From: a virus
Length of the DNA stretch: 64,000 nt
IMG/VR virus record: IMGVR_UViG_3300042370_000007
Location: 3,188 to 67,187 of that record
Direction: 5' to 3' (one strand)
In this document: one piece after another, positions 1 to 9,331 of the stretch
Position numbering within the stretch: position 1 is the stretch's first letter
Layout: the number at the start of each line of letters is the position of its first letter
Notes under the pieces: generated by a model
Database searches by the model: none
The model's input: only the letters and a program-made list of their open reading frames with translations
What the model was told of the DNA's origin: nothing
Translations under genes and position numbers: made by a program

Positions 1-12
1 GACGACGGTCGG

Positions 13-735
13 TCATGTCCCTTCCTGGTAGCTGGCCGCGTCGGCCTCGTCCCGGGCCCAGGCGCGGGAGAAGTCCTTGTCGGCGAACAGTGCGGCGATG
101 CCGGTGATCTGCTTCAGGCGCAGCAGTTCGTCGGCGTCCATCCCGATATGCTTCATGATCCACGTGTCCGACATACCGGCCTGGACCAGCTCGCCGACGA
201 TCGATTTCATGAGGTCGATCGAGTGCGTCCCGCGCGCCCGGTTATGCCGGATCGTCGCCGCCATCCGATTCGATCGTCCGGCCTGGGACGGCAGGATCCC
301 GACGACCGGCAGATGGCCACGGACGCGCTCGCGTACCTTCCGGCTTTCGCGCGCCACCCGGGATCGGTGGAAGCCGTCGACGACCTCGGTCCTGCCCTCG
401 CCGAGATGGGTGACCACCGGCTGCGTATAGCCATCCTCGACGATCGATCGCTCGAGCAGTTTCATTTCCGGCGGCGCGACCTTGTTCGGGTTGTAGTCGT
501 TCGCGGTGACGCTCTCGACCGGCACCCACACGACCAGGTCGACCGGCTCGTTCCGGAATGGGCTTACCCGATGCAGTTCGATGCGCGCCGCGTTCAGCGC
601 AGCGACCTGCTGCTCGAAGGGCAGCCGGTCGATTTCGGCCGCCAGCGCCCGGGCGAGCTCGCGCACTTTGGCGACCGCCGCTTGCTGCAGCATGTCGCCG
701 CCCTCGAGCCGGCCGGTCCAGATGTCATCCTGCAT
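13..735 (-). CDS. ibrB: IbrB-like ParB/sulfiredoxin N-terminal domain protein
   Basis: Motifs ANDYNPNKVAPPEMKLLERSIVEDGYTQPVV, VVDGFHR and ATIRHNRARG. Start moved to MQDD (735), which overlaps the upstream ORF. Confidence 0.85.
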   Translation of the reverse strand: MQDDIWTGRLEGGDMLQQAAVAKVRELARALAAEIDRLPFEQQVAALNAARIELHRVSPFRNEPVDLVVWVPVESVTANDYNPNKVAPPEMKLLERSIVEDGYTQPVVTHLGEGRTEVVDGFHRSRVARESRKVRERVRGHLPVVGILPSQAGRSNRMAATIRHNRARGTHSIDLMKSIVGELVQAGMSDTWIMKHIGMDADELLRLKQITGIAALFADKDFSRAWARDEADAASYQEGT

Positions 736-1150
736 TTTTCGTCCCCAATTGCCGCTCCCACCGAACGAAACCGCCGCGGCGGGCGGTGCCCATCTTGAAA
801 CCCTGCCGCCGCCAGACGACAGCCTCGGGCCGATCGAACGTGTAGATTTCCTGTGCCTTGTCGCCGGCCCAGTCCAGCACCGCGCGCAGCAGTTCGGCGG
901 CCTCCCTGGACGATGCGAGGCTGGTGAGATAGCGGACATGCACGGTAGGCACCGTCCGGGCCAGCCGGCTGCAGGCAAATCCCGTCGCCACCTCGTGGTC
1001 GTCGAGCGCCAGGTGCCAGACGTCGCCGGCGGCGCTGGTGATCGGCGCGCCGAGCGCCTGATGCAGCGCCCGCGACGTCGTCATGCCGCCGAGGCTGCCG
1101 AAGATCCGGAGGTCGGCATCGCGCGTGCCCTGGATGAATGTGGCGATCAT
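725..1150 (-). CDS. Small putative GNAT-fold protein
   Basis: Tightly packed between ibrA and ibrB; beta-strand pattern and late 'WRRQGFK' resemble the GNAT C-terminal motif (inference). Confidence 0.45.
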   Translation of the reverse strand: MIATFIQGTRDADLRIFGSLGGMTTSRALHQALGAPITSAAGDVWHLALDDHEVATGFACSRLARTVPTVHVRYLTSLASSREAAELLRAVLDWAGDKAQEIYTFDRPEAVVWRRQGFKMGTARRGGFVRWERQLGTKNAG

Positions 1151-1159
1151 CGGCCCCTC

Positions 1160-2446
1160 CTACAGCGCCATGTATTTCTCGATCGCGGCCTGGCGCCGCG
1201 CCGCCTCTTCCTTCGTCGCCGAGAACCCCATCCCCTTGCAGAGATGGTCGTTTTTCAGGATGCAGATGCACATCCGCTTGTATGACGGGATCAGGCTGAA
1301 AGCATCGCTGTCGATCTCGTCGATGTATTCCATGCGCACCGGCAACTTGTCGGTCCGGTAGCTGCTTTCATCACCGATGTCGATTTCAGCACCGGCAGAC
1401 CGGAGATCGGCGACAGCCTCCTCGGACAAAACGCCCCCGCGCTCTCGCCAGAACCTGATACTGGTCGCCAACTTGGCCCGGTAGCTGGCAGCCGTGACCT
1501 CCGGCAATGTCGACAGCAAGAAGTCCATGTACTCCCGCCAGGTGAACCCGGCGGGCTTGGTGATATTTTTCCAGCCCATCGCCTTGGTCCCGCCGTAGAT
1601 GGAGGCGAAGTTGACGCCGTTGACCCGGCTGACCAGGCGGCCCCAGACATCCGGATCGATCGCCCGATAGAGCTTCAGGCTCTCCTGCCCGGCCAGCAGG
1701 AATGGCGACGCCACGCGCATGGCGCCGAGCGGCACGCCGGCGTGGTACATGAGGTTGTAAAGGTCGTTGTAGTCGAATCCGAACCGACCGTTGGCCGTCC
1801 ACACGTCCTCGGTCTGCCAGTCGTAGATCGGATAGGCGTTGTAGACATCGTCCCCCATCCTGGTCGTCCAGGGGATGCCCAGGTACTTGTTGACGTTGCG
1901 GTCCGAAACGATGGTCCGCCAGCGGTTCAGGCTCTCCTGCGCCCGGATGCCGACGAGACAGCAGGTCCGGCCGCCAGGCTGCCGGGCGTGATACCAGAGC
2001 GAAAACCGAGCCTGGAATTCATAGTCCCACATGTCCGGATGGAAGAAATCGAAATGCTCGGCGCCCCACCGAGAATCGGGCAACGGCCGCACCCACAGCG
2101 CACGGTCCTCTTCGGCCCATGGCCGCCAGTATGACTGGTGCATCGAGGTGCAGGTCGTCACCTTGAAGGGAACGCAGCATCGGTAGGGCTCGATCCGTTC
2201 AGCCAGATCACGATAGACCCGATCGACATAATCGGTGGTGGCCGTGTATTGCGCCTCGTAGTCAAGGTGGAAGACGCCGAGTTTTTTTGTGATCCCACGC
2301 TCGGCCATGTATTTCAGGCACAGGTTGAGCAGCAATCCGCTGTCCTTGCCGCCGCTGAACGAGACGTAGATGTTTTCGAACTCGGCGAAGATCGTGTCGA
2401 GCCGGCGCCACGTAGCCTCGAGCACCGAGATATCCATATGGATCAT
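1160..2446 (-). CDS. ibrA: IbrA-like PAPS-reductase/DUF3440 family PP-loop protein
   Basis: SFSGGKDSG PP-loop, LVGIRAQESLNRW, YPIYDWQTEDVW, MRVASPF, C-terminal SYKRMCICILKNDHLCK. Confidence 0.9.
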   Translation of the reverse strand: MIHMDISVLEATWRRLDTIFAEFENIYVSFSGGKDSGLLLNLCLKYMAERGITKKLGVFHLDYEAQYTATTDYVDRVYRDLAERIEPYRCCVPFKVTTCTSMHQSYWRPWAEEDRALWVRPLPDSRWGAEHFDFFHPDMWDYEFQARFSLWYHARQPGGRTCCLVGIRAQESLNRWRTIVSDRNVNKYLGIPWTTRMGDDVYNAYPIYDWQTEDVWTANGRFGFDYNDLYNLMYHAGVPLGAMRVASPFLLAGQESLKLYRAIDPDVWGRLVSRVNGVNFASIYGGTKAMGWKNITKPAGFTWREYMDFLLSTLPEVTAASYRAKLATSIRFWRERGGVLSEEAVADLRSAGAEIDIGDESSYRTDKLPVRMEYIDEIDSDAFSLIPSYKRMCICILKNDHLCKGMGFSATKEEAARRQAAIEKYMAL

Positions 2447-3900
2447 AGCATCATCACCATCTCGTGGAGCCGGTCGCGCAGGCCCTGGCTGCGGTAGCGG
2501 TCGACCATATGCTGAAACTCGGCCAGGGTACTGGCCTTCCTGACGCGTGAAGCGGCGATCCGATCGTCGATCGAGTTGCCGCAGCGCAGCGTAACGTAGA
2601 CCGGCCGCCTGGTCTGGCCGATACGGTGGTTCCGGTCCTCGGACTGGATCCTGTCCTCGTAGCGGAAACTGTCGGCGTAAAACACGCTGTAGGCTGCCTC
2701 GTTGAGCGTCAGGCCGCGCCCGCCGACACCCATGGTCGCGACGAGGTGCCGCGGGCCGCCCGGCTGCCGCCAGCGGGCGAGGTGTTGCTGGCGGGCCCGA
2801 TCGCCGAGGCTGCCGTCATAGCGCACGGCGCTGCCCTCCCCGTCCCGCTCGGCCAACATCCGGACGATCTCGTCGGTCGAATGATGGTACCGCGACCAGA
2901 TGATCACCTTGTCTTCGCGCGGGATCTCGTCCAGCACGCCGGCAAGCAGCGACAGCCGGTTATGCGGCACGGTGATCAGCTCACGGGTCCCATCCTCGCG
3001 CAGCCGGCGCCAGAAGCCGCAGGTGATCGTTTGCAGGACCGAAAACAGCCGCAGGATCTGCAGCCGCTCCCAGTCGTGCCGAGCGAGGTCGAGCAGCAGT
3101 TCGACCTTGGCGCGCTCGTACAGGTCGCGCTGCTGGCCTGTCATCGTGCAGAACCGGTCGGCATAGAGTTTTTCGGGCAGGTCCAGGCATTCGTCCTTCC
3201 GCACCTGGTAGACATAGGGCGCGATCTTGGCGGCCAGCCACTCGACATTGTGGCTGCGGATGATCCGGCCGGTGCGGACACGGCGCCCGAAACCGTCCCG
3301 CCGCACCTCGTATTCCAGGTGGTTGGCCGCGAACGACCAGAACGAGCGATAGCCGAGGATCTTTGGGCTCAGGAACCGCATTTGCGAATACAGGTCCACC
3401 GCGCCCTGGGTAAGCGGGGTTCCGTTCAGGACGGCGCGGTACCGGGCCCGCTCGCTCATCGCCGTGATCCGCTGCGTCCGCCGAGCCATCGGCCCCTTGA
3501 TGTAAGCAGATTCGTCGACGGCGACGAAGGTCTGATCGGTCACCATGCCCGCGAATGCCGTGACGGCACGATCGCTCGACGACATCGTCTCGATCCCGAT
3601 GATCTGGACGGGCTGGGTCGGTCGCCGGTCCGAGTGGACATGATCGTCCCAGACCGCGACCTGATCGGGCGGAATGTCGGTATGGATCGCGATCTGCTGG
3701 CGCACCGTCTCCTTCAGCGAGCAAGGCGCGAACCAGTAGAGCCGGTCCCATTTGTGGCCCCGGAGCCGGGCGAGCTCGAGCAGCACGCGGCTCTTTCCGG
3801 TGCCCATGTCCATGAACAATCCGCCGACCCGCGCCGGCAGCAGCTTGGCCACTGCCGGCGGCTGGTGGGGCAGCAGGTCAGTCGTGGTCGAGAAGATCAT
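2443..3900 (-). CDS. SNF2-family helicase/ATPase
   Basis: Walker A DMGTGKS, VDESAYIK, LNGTP, QSEDRNHRIGQ; ATGA coupling to ibrA. Confidence 0.9.
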   Translation of the reverse strand: MIFSTTTDLLPHQPPAVAKLLPARVGGLFMDMGTGKSRVLLELARLRGHKWDRLYWFAPCSLKETVRQQIAIHTDIPPDQVAVWDDHVHSDRRPTQPVQIIGIETMSSSDRAVTAFAGMVTDQTFVAVDESAYIKGPMARRTQRITAMSERARYRAVLNGTPLTQGAVDLYSQMRFLSPKILGYRSFWSFAANHLEYEVRRDGFGRRVRTGRIIRSHNVEWLAAKIAPYVYQVRKDECLDLPEKLYADRFCTMTGQQRDLYERAKVELLLDLARHDWERLQILRLFSVLQTITCGFWRRLREDGTRELITVPHNRLSLLAGVLDEIPREDKVIIWSRYHHSTDEIVRMLAERDGEGSAVRYDGSLGDRARQQHLARWRQPGGPRHLVATMGVGGRGLTLNEAAYSVFYADSFRYEDRIQSEDRNHRIGQTRRPVYVTLRCGNSIDDRIAASRVRKASTLAEFQHMVDRYRSQGLRDRLHEMVMML

Positions 3901-5152
3901 CGTCGACGCCGAACTGACCGGCCTTGAGATCTTCGCGCCCGCGCACCGCCACGACGGGCTCCGGCACCTTTGGATCCTCGATCACGACCCCGGCGGCTTG
4001 CAGCGACCGGAAATGCTCGATCGTGAGCCGCGCGCCATCGGACAGCGCGAAATCGTAGCGCGCAGCGAAATCCTCGATCTGATCGAACGACCGGGCCGGG
4101 ACCAACACGTTGGGTCTGCGATAGATTGCCCCGCGCAGGCGCCGCGCCGCCGAATAGAGGTCGTCGCCGCGCGACCAGGACAGGCTGAACCAGCCGGCGC
4201 GGTAGCCGGTCGTCACGCGCCTGACCCAGCGGCGGCGCTCCGGCGCGAAATTGCCGGCGATCGCCATCTGCCGCGCCGCAGGATCGTAGAGCGCCACCAT
4301 GAAGCCGATCGCGAGGATCCGATGGGCGATTTCCGCGAGCCGGTCGGATGACACGGTCGACGCAACCGGGCGCAGCCAAGCCTGATCGCCCTGGTACCAT
4401 TGGTAGCCCTGGTCGCGCAGCAACTGGCGCAAGACATCGTGCCTGCCTGGCGTGGCGATACGGATGTGGCCGACGATGTAGGAGATCTCGACCGGCACGG
4501 GGTTTGCGGGCGCGGCGGACGGCCGCAGCAACGCTTCCTCGCGCGCCTCGGCCTGCAGCTGGACGAGATCGTCATCGGGCGGCGCCTCAGCGGCGAGGAC
4601 TTCGGCCTGCAACTCGCCGGCGAGCGCGGCGAGGCCGTGCTCGCGCCGGTCGATCCACCAGGATGCATCCTCCCGGCGCCGCAACGCCGCGACGACGCCA
4701 TGCGCGCGGGCGGACGAGCCGACCTCGCGCAGCAGTTCCAGCGCGGCCGTGCGGGCCTGCCAGCGCTGAGCTTCCGGTATCGCCGCGAATACGGCGGCGA
4801 TCGCTTCTCGGCGGGCGGTGAGGTCGTTGCCATCGGCGTTCTCGATCGTCTGACGGTCGCCGATCTGGTCGATGGCGGGCATCACCATGTCGATGAGATC
4901 GAATACTGTCCGGCGGATCCGCTCCGCCCAGGCCGCCTGTTTCGGCGAGCCGTTGAGCGCCGGCAGGCCTTGCTCGGCGGATTTGGCTGTGGCTGCCGCG
5001 AGGGCATCGCGACGGCGAGCCTCGTAGCAGGCGGCACAAACTGCGCCCTCGTCCCGCCGCCTGATGGCCATCCTATCGGCCTCCCGGCGGTTGCGGCCGA
5101 TGACAATGACGGTGCCATCGCACTCGGCGCACTTGATCGGTGTTTTTGCCAC
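3878..5152 (-). CDS. Conserved phage/MGE hypothetical protein with N-terminal CxxC...CxxC
   Basis: GTG start with AGGAGG RBS at about 5162; KCAECDG...CAAC and LPALNGSPKQAAWAERIR motifs. Confidence 0.7.
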   Translation of the reverse strand: MAKTPIKCAECDGTVIVIGRNRREADRMAIRRRDEGAVCAACYEARRRDALAAATAKSAEQGLPALNGSPKQAAWAERIRRTVFDLIDMVMPAIDQIGDRQTIENADGNDLTARREAIAAVFAAIPEAQRWQARTAALELLREVGSSARAHGVVAALRRREDASWWIDRREHGLAALAGELQAEVLAAEAPPDDDLVQLQAEAREEALLRPSAAPANPVPVEISYIVGHIRIATPGRHDVLRQLLRDQGYQWYQGDQAWLRPVASTVSSDRLAEIAHRILAIGFMVALYDPAARQMAIAGNFAPERRRWVRRVTTGYRAGWFSLSWSRGDDLYSAARRLRGAIYRRPNVLVPARSFDQIEDFAARYDFALSDGARLTIEHFRSLQAAGVVIEDPKVPEPVVAVRGREDLKAGQFGVDDDLLDHD

Positions 5153-5247
5153 GGGGATAGACCCTCCTGTGTGCAAATTTATGATGCCCTATTTGTAGGG
5201 ACATGATAGAGTGATTGCAACAGAAAACAGCCTCGACGAGGTAGATA

Positions 5248-5688
5248 ATGTATCGCCGCAATGGGTTCCTGGTGACGCCGATGCCTATCGTTCGTTTCGC
5301 CGACTACGACGACGACCAGCGCGCCGGCGTGGCCGACGCTTTCGAGCGTGTCCGATCGGAATCGGAGATCGATGCTGCGGCGCGTTTCAAATTCTATAGA
5401 TGGACCTGGGCGCCGATCGAGGTCCGCGATGACGTCCCCTGGTTGATGACGCGCAAGCACGCATTCCGGTGCCTCGCCGAACGGCTGCAGCATGAGATCG
5501 AGGGGACCGACATCGACTACCTCCCGGTCCTCGATCAACAGGGCAACGGCGTCATGAAGGACGCATATGACGACAATTGCGAGAGCGGCGTGCTCCATAT
5601 CATGCGGGCGCGCCGCGCCAACGGCCGCGCCTACGTCAACCCCGCATGGATACCGACCTGGCTGGATCTGGGATGGAGGCCGGCATGA
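5248..5688 (+). CDS. Hypothetical protein
   Basis: Protein-like composition, GAGG RBS, divergent from the Ibr module across an AT-richer spacer. Confidence 0.6.
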   Translation: MYRRNGFLVTPMPIVRFADYDDDQRAGVADAFERVRSESEIDAAARFKFYRWTWAPIEVRDDVPWLMTRKHAFRCLAERLQHEIEGTDIDYLPVLDQQGNGVMKDAYDDNCESGVLHIMRARRANGRAYVNPAWIPTWLDLGWRPA

Positions 5689-5891
5689 CGCCCGCCCTCG
5701 CCCGCCCACCCGGCGACTATGTCGTCCAGGTCAGCCCCGAGCAGCCGCCCGAGGTGGCGCGCTACACCGACTGCGGGACGTGGTCGCTGATCGGCGAGGA
5801 CCTGGCGCGGGATGATGGCGAGATCTATCGGATCGGACCGATGATCGAGATCGACCGGGGCACGCTGTCGGCGTGGTCGTTGCCCGGATAA
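5685..5891 (+). CDS. Small hypothetical protein
   Basis: ATGA overlap with the previous ORF; starts MTPALARP. Confidence 0.5.
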   Translation: MTPALARPPGDYVVQVSPEQPPEVARYTDCGTWSLIGEDLARDDGEIYRIGPMIEIDRGTLSAWSLPG

Positions 5892-6015
5892 CTGGGCGTC
5901 GCGGAGGAGCGGCTGGCCGCGCGATTGGGGATCTCGCCGCCGCCCGAGGACGACGGATCTGCCCCTGACGCATAATGCGTGTCGAAACCCGGCAACCCGG
6001 CTGCTAGGCTCGGCC

Positions 6016-6909
6016 GTGGGAACTGGGGAGGCGATTTTGGCAACCAACAGAGTGCTGCTGCAGGCCGCGGCCTGGGCGATCGTGTCCGGCGCGGCGTTCG
6101 CGGCGTCATCGGCCGCGGCGAAGCTAGCCGGGGTGAGGCTGCCACCGGCCGAGGTCAGCCTGTTTCGTGCCCTGGCCGCCGCGATCGTCGTAGCGGCGGT
6201 GTTTCGCCTCGATGCGGTCGATTGGCGCCGCGCGCGCGACCCGGGCTGGCACGCGGTCCGCGTTGTGAGCGGCGTCCTGGCCCTGATTGCCTTCATGTTC
6301 GCCGTCACCGCGCTGCCGATCGCGGTCGCCCAGCTGCTGCTGCTGACCCGCGTGCTGCTGATGCCGGTCTGCGCCCGTATCCTGCTGGGCGAGCCGCTGT
6401 CGGGACGGTTGGCCACCGCGGCCGTCGTGGGGCTGGTCGGCGCCGCCGTGACCGTCTGGCCGGCCCTGACGGTCGGAGGGCAGCTGCTGGGCGTCCTGGC
6501 GGCACTGGGCGCGGCGATCAGCACCGCCCTGTCCCAGACCGCCGTCCGCCGCCTGTCCGTCTCCAACTCGCCCGCCCTAATCGTCTGCATCTATGGCATC
6601 GGCGCGGCGGTGCTGCTGGCGCCCGTCACGGCCGTGACGGGCTGGGTAACGCCGCCGGCCTCGAGCTGGGGCGCGCTGGTGGCGCTCGGCATCGCGGCCG
6701 CCCTGGCGCAGTACGCGGCAGTGGCCGCCTTCCGACTTGGGCCGGTCGCCTATATCGCCCCGCTGGACTTCACCGGCATCCCGATCGCGGCGGCCGTCGG
6801 CTACCTGCTGTTCGGCGACGTGCCCAGCCGATTCGATCTGGTCGGGGCCGCCCTGATCGTCGGCAGCGCCTGGTACGTCATCCGGACCGGGCCACCCGGG
6901 ACGCGCTGA
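6016..6909 (+). CDS. DMT/EamA family transporter (about 10 TM)
   Basis: Repeated hydrophobic helices; LPIAVAQLL and APLDFTGIPIAAAVGYLLFGDVP EamA signatures. True start may be TTG at 6037. Confidence 0.88.
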   Translation: MGTGEAILATNRVLLQAAAWAIVSGAAFAASSAAAKLAGVRLPPAEVSLFRALAAAIVVAAVFRLDAVDWRRARDPGWHAVRVVSGVLALIAFMFAVTALPIAVAQLLLLTRVLLMPVCARILLGEPLSGRLATAAVVGLVGAAVTVWPALTVGGQLLGVLAALGAAISTALSQTAVRRLSVSNSPALIVCIYGIGAAVLLAPVTAVTGWVTPPASSWGALVALGIAAALAQYAAVAAFRLGPVAYIAPLDFTGIPIAAAVGYLLFGDVPSRFDLVGAALIVGSAWYVIRTGPPGTR

Positions 6910-6933
6910 TGTAGATCGGCTCGGGCCGGGCAC

Positions 6934-6970
6934 AAAAAAAGGCCCCGCCACCCTCTCGGGCAGCGGGGCA
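6934..6970 (-). terminator. Intrinsic terminator downstream of dam (possibly bidirectional)
   Basis: Minus strand GCCCCGCTGCCC-GAGA-GGGTGGCGGGGC followed by CTTTTTTT. Confidence 0.8.
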
Positions 6971-7057
6971 GTGTGCAGGCCATGCCGTCGCCCTGCCGGC
7001 GCGGGGGCCTGATCCGGCAGCTACCAGCCAGAACGGCCGGCGGAGTGGTCGCGGTGA

Positions 7058-7876
7058 TCAGCAGCGCGGGCCGATGATCACCTCGCGGACGCGCCTGGCA
7101 GCAGCGCGCGCCGCCGACCAGGTGGTTTCGACGCTGTCGATCGCGAACGCGGCAAATACCTCGCGCACGCCGGGCGTGTCGTTGAGGCTCAGCATGAACC
7201 GGCCCTGCAGGGTCCCCAGCGCCGCCGCCATCGCCTCGTAGTCGCGCCGCTCGAAGGCATCGCGGCCGTAATAGTGCTCGCTGCCCCAATAGGGCGGGTC
7301 GAGGTAGAACAGAGTGCCCGGCGTATCGTAGCGGGCCAGGCAGTCCTGCCAGGGCAGGCGCTCGATGATCACCCCGGCCAGCCGCTCATGGATCTCCTCG
7401 AGGATCGCGCCGAGGCGGTTGAGGTTGAAGCGGCTGGGCAGCCCGGCCGAGACGCCGAAGGTGCGGCCGGTGACCTTGCCGCCGAAGGTCAGCCGCTGCA
7501 GGTAGAGGAAGCGCCCTGCCAGCTCCAGGTCGGTCAACGTAGCCGGATCGACCGCCAGCAGCCGCTCGAACTCCTGCCGGCTGGCCAGCGCGAATCGCAT
7601 GTGGTCCATGAATGCGCCGTAGTGCCGCTGGAGGATGCGGAATAGGGTGACGACGTCGCCCGACAGATCGTTGATGATCTCCGACCGCGGCGCCAGGCGC
7701 CGCTTCAGGAACACCCCGCCCATGCCGACGAACGGCTCGCAATAGCTTTCGTGCGGCACGGCTTCGATGCGGCGGACGATCTCGGCCGCCAAGTTGCGCT
7801 TGCCGCCGATATAGGCCGCCGGCGGCGTTACCGGCCGAACATCGCGGTAAGGGTAAGAAAGACTCGACTCTTGCAT
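7058..7876 (-). CDS. dam: DNA adenine methyltransferase (D12/Dam class)
   Basis: YIGGKR, EPFVGMGGVF, INDL and FYLDPPY motifs; start at MQESS (7876), not the 8443 ORF start. Confidence 0.92.
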   Translation of the reverse strand: MQESSLSYPYRDVRPVTPPAAYIGGKRNLAAEIVRRIEAVPHESYCEPFVGMGGVFLKRRLAPRSEIINDLSGDVVTLFRILQRHYGAFMDHMRFALASRQEFERLLAVDPATLTDLELAGRFLYLQRLTFGGKVTGRTFGVSAGLPSRFNLNRLGAILEEIHERLAGVIIERLPWQDCLARYDTPGTLFYLDPPYWGSEHYYGRDAFERRDYEAMAAALGTLQGRFMLSLNDTPGVREVFAAFAIDSVETTWSAARAAARRVREVIIGPRC

Positions 7877-8012
7877 GTTGAGTTGCTCAGGATGGCCCCG
7901 CCGTGTGCACGGTGCGGGGCGGCGAAAGCCGGGCGAGGTCCTGTCTCGCGGTTCCGGGTGTTGGTCCACCCCGAACCCCCGCCAAAGCGCGACGAGGGCA
8001 AACTGCAGCCGG

Positions 8013-8046
8013 AAAATCAAACGGCGCCGAGTTGCCCCGGCGCCGT
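8013..8046 (-). terminator. Intrinsic terminator after the 8065-8406 moron
   Basis: ACGGCGCCG-GGGCAACT-CGGCGCCGT followed by TTGATTTT on the minus strand. Confidence 0.65.
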
Positions 8047-8064
8047 GGATTGAGCGTGAACCGA

Positions 8065-8406
8065 TCAGGTGGCGATCGGAGGCCACAGCGCCGGTCGGCT
8101 GGTGCCGCCGACGATGGCCGGGGCCGAAGTCGCGTCGTTCGGCACGACCAGACGGGCGGCCGGCGGACTGGCACGCATCGGGCCGACGTCGCCCGACAGG
8201 ACCGTCATCGGCTCGATCGCGCGGACCACGACCAACTGATCGCCCGCCGGTAGCGGGGCGCCGAACAGATCGGGCGCCGAAGCGGTCGACGCCGCGACGA
8301 TCGGGTTGTCCGGCAGGGGCGCCGCCGACGCGGGGAACGCCGCCATCAGAAGCGCGATCGCGGCCGCCGCGACGACGGATGAGAGGCAGAAGGCATTCTT
8401 GACCAT
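8065..8406 (-). CDS. Small exported protein (signal peptide), moron-like
   Basis: N-terminal hydrophobic signal ending ASA-A; GAGGAG RBS; own promoter and terminator candidates. Confidence 0.6.
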   Translation of the reverse strand: MVKNAFCLSSVVAAAAIALLMAAFPASAAPLPDNPIVAASTASAPDLFGAPLPAGDQLVVVRAIEPMTVLSGDVGPMRASPPAARLVVPNDATSAPAIVGGTSRPALWPPIAT

Positions 8407-8464
8407 GACATCTCCTCGAATGCAGGGGAACCAGGATACTCACGAACTCTCAGGGAGCGGTCCG

Positions 8465-8494
8465 AGCCTAAGAGGCGGTTTCAATCTTGGTCAA
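8465..8494 (-). promoter_or_regulatory. Putative sigma70 promoter for the 8065-8406 gene
   Basis: TTGACC-N18-TAGGCT on the minus strand. Confidence 0.4.
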
Positions 8495-8541
8495 CGGAGG
8501 CCGGACAGAATTCCTGATGCGCGAGGCTTGGGCCCATGCGT

Positions 8542-8886
8542 TCAGGCGGTCAGGCCCTTGATCGTGAGCATCACCGACAGTTCGAGATGCTTCAGGCCGT
8601 CCGTGAAGTAACTCTCCTGCGGGTCCCGATCGAAGGGCGATGCGCTGATGCCCGCTACCGCCTGCATCTCGCCGTCGTCGCTGCCGGCGACGAACAGGGG
8701 AAGAGGCGGCATTGCCAGTTTGTATGCCTGTTCGAACAGCGCCTCGAGTTCGACCGCCTTTTCCTTGATCTGGTCGTGCAGCGCCTTGGCCTCGGCGGAC
8801 AGCGCTCGATATTGCGGACGGAAGCGCGAAGGCTTGATATCGCCAGCCTGGCGGGCGTCGGGCTGACCGGCAAATACATGAGACAT
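8542..8886 (-). CDS. Acb2/Tad1-like helical-hairpin nucleotide-signal sponge protein
   Basis: YRALSAEAKALHDQIKEKAVELE resembles the Acb2 N-helix as recalled (YRDLSQEEIDMMNRVKELG); C-helix DGLKHLELSVMLTIKGLT. Confidence 0.7.
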   Translation of the reverse strand: MSHVFAGQPDARQAGDIKPSRFRPQYRALSAEAKALHDQIKEKAVELEALFEQAYKLAMPPLPLFVAGSDDGEMQAVAGISASPFDRDPQESYFTDGLKHLELSVMLTIKGLTA

Positions 8887-8908
8887 GTCGGGTTTCCTCT
8901 CGGGGAAT

Positions 8909-8927
8909 TGCCGGGAAACCGCCCGGC
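8909..8927. repeat. 19-bp direct repeat copy 1 (hairpin), upstream of the Acb2-like gene
   Basis: TGCCGGGAAACCGCCCGGC, identical to 9332-9350; stem GCCGGG/CCCGGC. Confidence 0.9.
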
Positions 8928-8943
8928 ACGGTCGATCAGGCGG

Positions 8944-9312
8944 TCAGGCGGTGAGCGCGCTGCACAGCGCCTTGAATACGTGGTCCTTCACCCGCTGCTC
9001 GGGCGGCAACTGGTCGTAAGGGACCATGCAGGGGTGCGTCTTGGCCTCGGGGTCTTTGACTGATCCATAGACCCAGCCGGCAGCGGCCTTGTCGGCCATC
9101 CAAGCGTCGTGTTGGGCAGAAGGCGGCGCATCGGGGTTCTGAAGCGCGAAGACGGCGCCATTATAGGCGCTCTCGCGCTGCCACTGCTCGGCGTCTTCCC
9201 AGTTCTTCTGGCTGAAATCGCCGAAGGCCTCGCAAATGGCCTTGTTCGCCTGATGGCAAATGCGGGCAAGCTCGATCGCCGCCTCGGCGATGACTTGGGC
9301 GTTTCTCGACAT
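8944..9312 (-). CDS. Stand-alone RyR (ryanodine receptor repeat) domain protein
   Basis: HDAWMADKAAAGWVYGSVKDPEAKTHPCMVPYDQLPPEQRVKD matches the RyR-domain consensus (H..W...K...GW.YG..KD...KTHP.LVPY..L). Confidence 0.88.
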   Translation of the reverse strand: MSRNAQVIAEAAIELARICHQANKAICEAFGDFSQKNWEDAEQWQRESAYNGAVFALQNPDAPPSAQHDAWMADKAAAGWVYGSVKDPEAKTHPCMVPYDQLPPEQRVKDHVFKALCSALTA

Positions 9313-9331
9313 CGGTATCCCTTGTCGGTGA

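Noticed and set aside
5187-5200. CCCTATTTGTAGGG as a sixth CI operator
   Set aside because: Half-sites are in the opposite order with a 4-nt spacer, so it does not match TAGG-N6-CCTA.
7877-8443. Apparent 189-aa N-terminal extension of Dam, or a Com-like activator upstream
   Set aside because: The region overlaps another gene and a terminator; manual reading found no CxxC...CxxC Com-like ORF.
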